Assembly: GCA_964454175.1 (NCBI GenBank)
Contig: CAYVSA010000004.1
Location: 20,172 to 32,651, forward strand
Direction: 5' to 3'
DNA length: 12,480 nucleotides
Source of the DNA: an uncultured Pseudomonadota bacterium
Lineage (GTDB): Bacteria; BMS3Abin14
Below the pieces are notes generated by a model. That model made no database searches and was not told where the DNA came from. It was given only the letters and a program-made list of their open reading frames with translations. A program made the position numbers and the translations under genes. Below are positions 7,389 to 12,480 of this stretch, in pieces; position 1 is the stretch's first letter, and each line of letters starts with the position of its first letter.

Positions 7389-8477
7389 TCATCTTCTTTT
7401 AACTCTTAGCTCCTCGATCTCTGCCATCAACGCATCGAGGGCCTCACCCTGAGACAGCCTTGATTTAATCTGGCCCTCAACGAAGAGGATCGCCTTGCCC
7501 TTTCCGCCTGCAATACCCACGTCTGCTTCTCTCGCCTCTCCGGGCCCGTTGACCGGACATCCCATGACCGCAACTCTGATGTCCACATCCATCCCCAGGG
7601 TCCTTTTTTCCACTTCAGCGGCCACCTGAGCCACATCAACCTCAGTCCTGGCACAGGTGGGACACGCAACCACCTGTATTCCTCTCTTCAGGCCAAGGGA
7701 CCTGAGCAGTTCGGTAGCGGCGAGAACTTCTTTGACAGGGTCACCGGCAAGAGAAACCCTCACTGTATCACCGATCCCCTCTGAAAGGAGAAGGCCCAGT
7801 GCCACAGCCGACCTCACCGATCCGGTCATCCGGGTCCCGGCTTCCGTTACGCCCAGATGCAGCGGATAATCCGTGACCTCTGAAAGGAGCCTGTACACCT
7901 GAACCGTCTGGAGCGGGTCTGAAGCTTTAGCGGAAAGCTTCAAGTTGTAAAAACCCATACCCTCGAGTTTATTAAGAGACCGAAGCGCACTTTTTACGAG
8001 CGCTTCAGGCACCGGCCCCCCGTATTCCCTGAGTATGTCTTTTTCGAGAGACCCGGAGTTTACACCCACCCTGATAGAGGCGCCGCTTGCCTTGGCCGCA
8101 TCCACCACATCTCTGACTCTGGAATCTGAACCGATGTTGCCCGGGTTGATCCTCACAGCGTCAGCTCCTGCATCGAGAGATCCCACTGCCAGGGCGCTGT
8201 CAAAATGAATATCCGCAACAAGGGGTATTTTCACCTTCTTCCGCAGGGCCGCAAACCCGATCAGAGCGCCCTTGTCCGGCACGGATACTCTGACTATGTC
8301 ACATCCTGCTCCGACCAGTTCCCTCACCTGAACCAGGGTCGCCTCGAGGTCTGAGGTCGGGGTGTTCGTCATCGACTGTAAAGAGACGGGGGCATTACTC
8401 CCCACAGGAACGCTGCCGACCCGGATAGTCCTCGTCGGTCTTCTGGGCGCCACCACTTCTTGCAGCCGGTACTTCAT
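7389..8477 (-). CDS. ispG: 4-hydroxy-3-methylbut-2-en-1-yl diphosphate synthase (short, two-domain form)
   Basis: 362 aa with QSMTNT, PLVADIHFD, RINPGNIG, IRVGVNSGSL, PLHLGVTEAG, GIGDTVRVSL and the 4Fe-4S ligands ACPTCAR and AVMGCPVNGPGE. The ATG overlaps the rseP stop (ATGA). Confidence 0.98.
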   Translation of the reverse strand: MKYRLQEVVAPRRPTRTIRVGSVPVGSNAPVSLQSMTNTPTSDLEATLVQVRELVGAGCDIVRVSVPDKGALIGFAALRKKVKIPLVADIHFDSALAVGSLDAGADAVRINPGNIGSDSRVRDVVDAAKASGASIRVGVNSGSLEKDILREYGGPVPEALVKSALRSLNKLEGMGFYNLKLSAKASDPLQTVQVYRLLSEVTDYPLHLGVTEAGTRMTGSVRSAVALGLLLSEGIGDTVRVSLAGDPVKEVLAATELLRSLGLKRGIQVVACPTCARTEVDVAQVAAEVEKRTLGMDVDIRVAVMGCPVNGPGEAREADVGIAGGKGKAILFVEGQIKSRLSQGEALDALMAEIEELRVKRR

Positions 8478-9778
8478 CTCTGGGCAAATATCCTTGCTAT
8501 ATCGTTGTAGGACACTACCAGGATCAGGAGCATGAGAAGGAGGAACCCGACACGCTGGGCCATTTCACGGTACTGCGGTTCGATCGGGCGGCCGATCACT
8601 CCTTCGACCAGCAGGAAGAGAATATGTCCGCCGTCCAGGACAGGGATGGGGAACAGGTTGAGGATGCCAAGCTGAAGGCTCAGGAAAGCCATGAAGGCTA
8701 TAAACTCTGACATACCTGTTCGGGCCGCTTCACCTGTGACCTGAAAGATCATTATCGGCCCGCCGAGCATCTTGATGGAAGCATTGAAAGTCAGGAGATC
8801 CCCCAGGAAGGAGAAGGTCATACCCAGCAGCTGAAAATTCCTCTCAAAACCTCTTGAAATGGCCTCGGTGAAGGGATACTTGCGTAAAACAGTCTCGTTT
8901 TCCGGTGAGATACCCACAAGGCCCCTGCCGCTGTCGGGATCGTGCCTGGGCGTAACCTTAACACTCACAGGACTGCCCTTGCGCTCAAGCTGCAGGGTAA
9001 TGGGCTTGTCCGGGCTGTTGTGAATTATCAGCGCCATTTCATTCCAGTCACTGACGGGCAGTCCACCAACGGAGACGATCCGGTCTCCCTTGAGCACACC
9101 AGCCTTCTCAGCCGGGTATCCGGGTGCAAGAGAGCCTATCACCGGCTCCATCGGCGGCATGAATCCGAAGTGGTCACTGTCCTTTAAGGATCTGGTGTCA
9201 AGGGCAACGGACATTTTCTTACCGTTCCTGAAGACATCCAGAGAGACCTCTTTCCCGTAAATATCGCCTGAAAAACCCAGAAACTCAGTCCAGTTCTTTG
9301 TTTCCCGTCCCTCAAAGCCCAGGACCCGGTCGCCCCTTTGAAGACCGGCGTTGTCAGCCGGGCTGTCCGGAACCACCCAGCCGATCTCCACAGGCTGTTC
9401 CATGGCAACCGGGATCTGCATCCCGATCATGAAAACCAGGGGCATGAGCGCAAAGGCCAGGACAAGATTCATCACGGGGCCCGCAAGGACTATCCCGGCG
9501 CGCTGAAGGGGGGGGCGGCCATTGAACATCTTGGGATCCTGGGTGTCTTTTTCTTCCTCGCCGGGAGCCTCTCCAAACATTTTCACATAACCGCCGAGTG
9601 GGATCCAGGACACACAATACTCCGTCTCCCCACGCCAGAAACCGAACATTTTCGGAGGATAACCTATCGAGAAACGTTCCACTCCAACTCCCAGAAATTT
9701 AGCCACCAGAAAGTGCCCCAGTTCGTGAACCAGCACAAGAATACCCAGGACCACTATGAATGATAATACCGTTGTCAT
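8474..9778 (-). CDS. rseP: RIP metalloprotease RseP (M50 family, two PDZ domains)
   Basis: 434 aa with the HELGH zinc motif, VERFSIG, IPLGGYVKM, AGPVMN, two PDZ repeats (SPADNAGLQRGDRV; YPAEKAGVLKGDRI) and NLFPIPVLDGGH. Confidence 0.97.
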   Translation of the reverse strand: MTTVLSFIVVLGILVLVHELGHFLVAKFLGVGVERFSIGYPPKMFGFWRGETEYCVSWIPLGGYVKMFGEAPGEEEKDTQDPKMFNGRPPLQRAGIVLAGPVMNLVLAFALMPLVFMIGMQIPVAMEQPVEIGWVVPDSPADNAGLQRGDRVLGFEGRETKNWTEFLGFSGDIYGKEVSLDVFRNGKKMSVALDTRSLKDSDHFGFMPPMEPVIGSLAPGYPAEKAGVLKGDRIVSVGGLPVSDWNEMALIIHNSPDKPITLQLERKGSPVSVKVTPRHDPDSGRGLVGISPENETVLRKYPFTEAISRGFERNFQLLGMTFSFLGDLLTFNASIKMLGGPIMIFQVTGEAARTGMSEFIAFMAFLSLQLGILNLFPIPVLDGGHILFLLVEGVIGRPIEPQYREMAQRVGFLLLMLLILVVSYNDIARIFAQR

Positions 9779-10950
9779 CTTCTCTCCTTTAGAGCCTCTA
9801 TGTAGTCTCCCGCTGTGCGCCTGGCCCAGCCGTCGGCCTCAAGTATCTTTGCAAGGGTGCTGTCGTCTCCGTCAGGAGCGTTCTTAACAGTGTGGGAGAC
9901 CGTCTGACAGATCCCTCTGAAAGAAAGTCGTCCGTCAAGGAATGCCTCAACAGCCACTTCGTTGGCCGCGTTCATCACTGCCGGGATGGTTCCTCCCCGC
10001 TCCAGAACTTCGTAGGCAAGTTTCAGGCACGGGAAAAATTTCATGTCAGGCTCGAAAAATTCCAGCTTGCCCACCCTGGTCAGGTCCAGAGGATCCAGTG
10101 TAAGGGGAACCCTTTCCGGATAACCCAGCGCGAAGGCAATAGGCAGCCTCATGTCGGCAACTCCCATCTGGGCCAGCATTGACCCGTCCACATATTCCAC
10201 AAGACTGTGAACAACGCTCTGGGGGTGAACTACAACATCTATATTTTCGGCAGGCACGCCGAAGAGCCAGTGCGCTTCAATTATTTCCAGGCCCTTGTTC
10301 ATCATCGTGGCCGAATCAACCGTCACTTTGGGCCCCATCTCCCATCGAGGGTGCTCCAGGGCCATGGCAGGGGTGACTTTCTCAAGTATATCGTATCCCT
10401 TTCCGTAAAACGGTCCGCCGGAGGCCGTGAGTATAATTCTCCGAAGTCCGTTCCTGTCCTGTCCCATTATGGTCTGGAATATCGCCGAGTGCTCACTGTC
10501 AACAGGAAGTAACCGCGCTCCAGTTCTCTTTGCTTCAGCCGTGATCAGGGAGCCGGCCGCTACCAGTGATTCCTTGTTGGCAAGAGCTACGACTTTCCCT
10601 GCCGCAACAGCTGAGTACGTCGGCACCAACCCTGCCGCCCCGACTATCGCAGACACGACGGTATCAACCCCATCTAACGCCGCAGCTTCAACAATACCCT
10701 CGGGACCGGAGAGAACCTTAATGCCGCTCCCAGAAAGGGCCTTTTCTGCTTTCTCGGCCCCCTCCTCATCGAAAAGAGCTACCAGGGACGGGTTGAACTC
10801 TTTCGCCTGCCTGACGATCCCCTCAGCATCAGATTTTGAGGCAAGGGCCAGGACTTTGTAGCTCTCCTTGTTCCTGGCAACTATGTCGAGCGTGTTCTTT
10901 CCGATGGAACCCGTGGAACCAAGAACCGACAGCTTTTTTATCTCGCCCAT
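9775..10950 (-). CDS. dxr: 1-deoxy-D-xylulose 5-phosphate reductoisomerase
   Basis: 391 aa with LGSTGSIG, LANKESLV, PVDSEHSAIFQ, LTASGGPF, HPRWEMGPKVTVDSATMMNKGLE and NAANEVAV. Confidence 0.99.
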   Translation of the reverse strand: MGEIKKLSVLGSTGSIGKNTLDIVARNKESYKVLALASKSDAEGIVRQAKEFNPSLVALFDEEGAEKAEKALSGSGIKVLSGPEGIVEAAALDGVDTVVSAIVGAAGLVPTYSAVAAGKVVALANKESLVAAGSLITAEAKRTGARLLPVDSEHSAIFQTIMGQDRNGLRRIILTASGGPFYGKGYDILEKVTPAMALEHPRWEMGPKVTVDSATMMNKGLEIIEAHWLFGVPAENIDVVVHPQSVVHSLVEYVDGSMLAQMGVADMRLPIAFALGYPERVPLTLDPLDLTRVGKLEFFEPDMKFFPCLKLAYEVLERGGTIPAVMNAANEVAVEAFLDGRLSFRGICQTVSHTVKNAPDGDDSTLAKILEADGWARRTAGDYIEALKERR

Positions 10951-11747
10951 CAGAAACGTCCCTGAGAGAGGATCACCATGAAGAAATAGACCGGAAGCGC
11001 GAAGAGAAGCGCATCTATCCGGTCAAGCACACCCCCGTGCCCGGGGATGAGGGAGCCGGAGTCTTTTACTCCTGCATCTCTTTTCATTTTCGATTCGGCA
11101 AGGTCGCCGATCTGGCCCAGAACGGCGGAGACAAGCCCTGCAGCAGCCGCAAATGCCGGTCCCCAGTCAACGAGGGACAAAACCGAAAAAAGAACTCCGG
11201 CTGCCACACCTGCAAGAGCACCAGCGGCGGCGCCTTCCATGGTCTTGTTCGGACTGACTGATTCAAGCAGCTTCCTTTTACCAAGAGACCTGCCGACAAA
11301 GAATGCGGCGCTGTCGCAGGACCAGATAACTGCCAGTAGAAACAGAAGAGACCTTCGGCCGTGATCGCCGGCAAGAAACAGGGGCAGGTGCCCAAGGATC
11401 AGTGCAGGGTAGACCAGGATGAAAACTGCTTCGGAGTTGCGCCTGAGCGTCCCGGATGGCTGCCCGGTCAGCACCACATATGCCAGCAGAAAAACCACCG
11501 AGAAAGTAAAAACAAAATAAAGCCAGGCCAGCCCCCCTGCCCAGGCGGCAAAAAGCATTGCCGAGGCGCAGAAGGAAAGGTAAAGCACGGGCACCTTCCT
11601 GTTGTCAGCTGCGGCCAGTTTTGAGATCTCGATCACTGCCATGATCGAAAAAACGGCTGTAAGAACCGTACCAGCCAAAGCCGGAGCCCACAGGACTGTA
11701 ATAACTACAGCAGTTCCCAGGACAAGAGCCGACACTACCCTCTTCAC
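10950..11747 (-). CDS. cdsA: Phosphatidate cytidylyltransferase
   Basis: 265-aa hydrophobic protein with DSAAFFVGR, SPNKTMEG and GDLAESKMKRDAGVKDSGSLIPGHGGVLDRIDAL. The GTG start overlaps the uppS stop (GTGA). Confidence 0.98.
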   Translation of the reverse strand: MKRVVSALVLGTAVVITVLWAPALAGTVLTAVFSIMAVIEISKLAAADNRKVPVLYLSFCASAMLFAAWAGGLAWLYFVFTFSVVFLLAYVVLTGQPSGTLRRNSEAVFILVYPALILGHLPLFLAGDHGRRSLLFLLAVIWSCDSAAFFVGRSLGKRKLLESVSPNKTMEGAAAGALAGVAAGVLFSVLSLVDWGPAFAAAAGLVSAVLGQIGDLAESKMKRDAGVKDSGSLIPGHGGVLDRIDALLFALPVYFFMVILSQGRF

Positions 11748-12475
11748 TTCCCACCAGCTTTCATCTGTTCAGATGTGAGGCCGAAACGTCTTTCCCGCCT
11801 GCCATATTCACCTATAGCATCGTTAAGATCCTGGACAGTAAAATCTGGCCACAGCTTTTCTGTGACGTAGAACTCTGTGTAGGCCATCTGCCACAGGAGG
11901 AAGTTGCTGACCCTCATCTCACCACTGGTTCGTATCAGAAGGTCAGGATCGGGGATACCATCAGTAGCGAGATACCTGTCGAGAAGGTTCTCATCAACAC
12001 CTGAGGCAGAAAGTTCGCCGGAAGCCACCTCCCCGGCGATCTTCGCAACGGCGTCAGCAATGTCCTGTCTGCCGCTGTAGCTCAAGGCCAGGACCAGGGT
12101 GAGACCGTCATTTTCTGCAGTGTCTTTTAGTACTTTCTGGAGGGTCTTGAGGACCGGACCAGGCAGATCATCCGTCCTGCCGATCGTCCTTAATCGGACA
12201 TTGTTCTTAATGAGAGTGGCAAGTTCCCTTCTCAGGTAAAGGTCAAGGAGCTCCATCAACCCCGAGACTTCCTCGCCCGGACGCTGCCAGTTCTCCATGG
12301 AGAACGCGAAAAGTGTAAGGTAGCCTACTCCGAGCCTGGCACACTCTTCCACCACCGTGCGAACGCTGACGACTCCTGCCCGGTGTCCGGCAAGGCGCAA
12401 CAGTCCCCGGTCTCTGGCCCAGCGGCCATTGCCGTCCATTATTATAGCTATATGACGGGGTATTGTTTTATTCAC
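11744..12475 (-). CDS. uppS: Undecaprenyl diphosphate synthase (cis-prenyltransferase); the true start may lie beyond the window edge
   Basis: Motifs PRHIAIIMDGNGRWA, FAFSMENWQRP, PDPDLLIRTSGEMRVSNFLLWQMAYTE, LWPDF and RERRFG. GTG at 12475; the frame stays open to the window end, so the RBS cannot be seen. Confidence 0.97.
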   Translation of the reverse strand: MNKTIPRHIAIIMDGNGRWARDRGLLRLAGHRAGVVSVRTVVEECARLGVGYLTLFAFSMENWQRPGEEVSGLMELLDLYLRRELATLIKNNVRLRTIGRTDDLPGPVLKTLQKVLKDTAENDGLTLVLALSYSGRQDIADAVAKIAGEVASGELSASGVDENLLDRYLATDGIPDPDLLIRTSGEMRVSNFLLWQMAYTEFYVTEKLWPDFTVQDLNDAIGEYGRRERRFGLTSEQMKAGGK

Positions 12476-12480
12476 CTGTT

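Noticed and set aside
9508..9515. G8/C8 homopolymer in rseP as a phase-variation tract
   Set aside because: The frame is intact (Arg-Pro-Pro-Leu), the tract is short and the gene is a conserved housekeeping protease.
5903..11624. Short overlapping ORFs over proS, ispG, rseP, dxr and cdsA
   Set aside because: Antisense or out-of-frame shadows with no independent RBS or domain evidence.

Overview
Core-genome window of a bacterium (roughly 55% GC by eye; protein style and intergenic repeats suggest a Deltaproteobacteria/Desulfobacterota-like lineage, which is an inference). All ten credible genes are on the minus strand. In transcription order they are uppS-cdsA-dxr-rseP-ispG (all with overlapping stop/start codons), proS, then rimP-nusA-(ylxR/ylxQ fusion)-infB. 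There is no transposase, RNA gene or CRISPR array. The unusual signal is in the short intergenic spacers: (i) degenerate 7-nt tandem arrays arranged as complementary, inverted pairs that bracket proS (TTCAAC family) and the rimP-infB block (CCCAGG family); (ii) two copies of a small palindromic AAAAAGYCCATCCGTG...GACTTTTTA element on either side of proS, one apparently inserted into a heptamer array with a GG duplication; (iii) a rimP-leader-type terminator hairpin. No novel protein system is supported; the paired repeats are the best lead.
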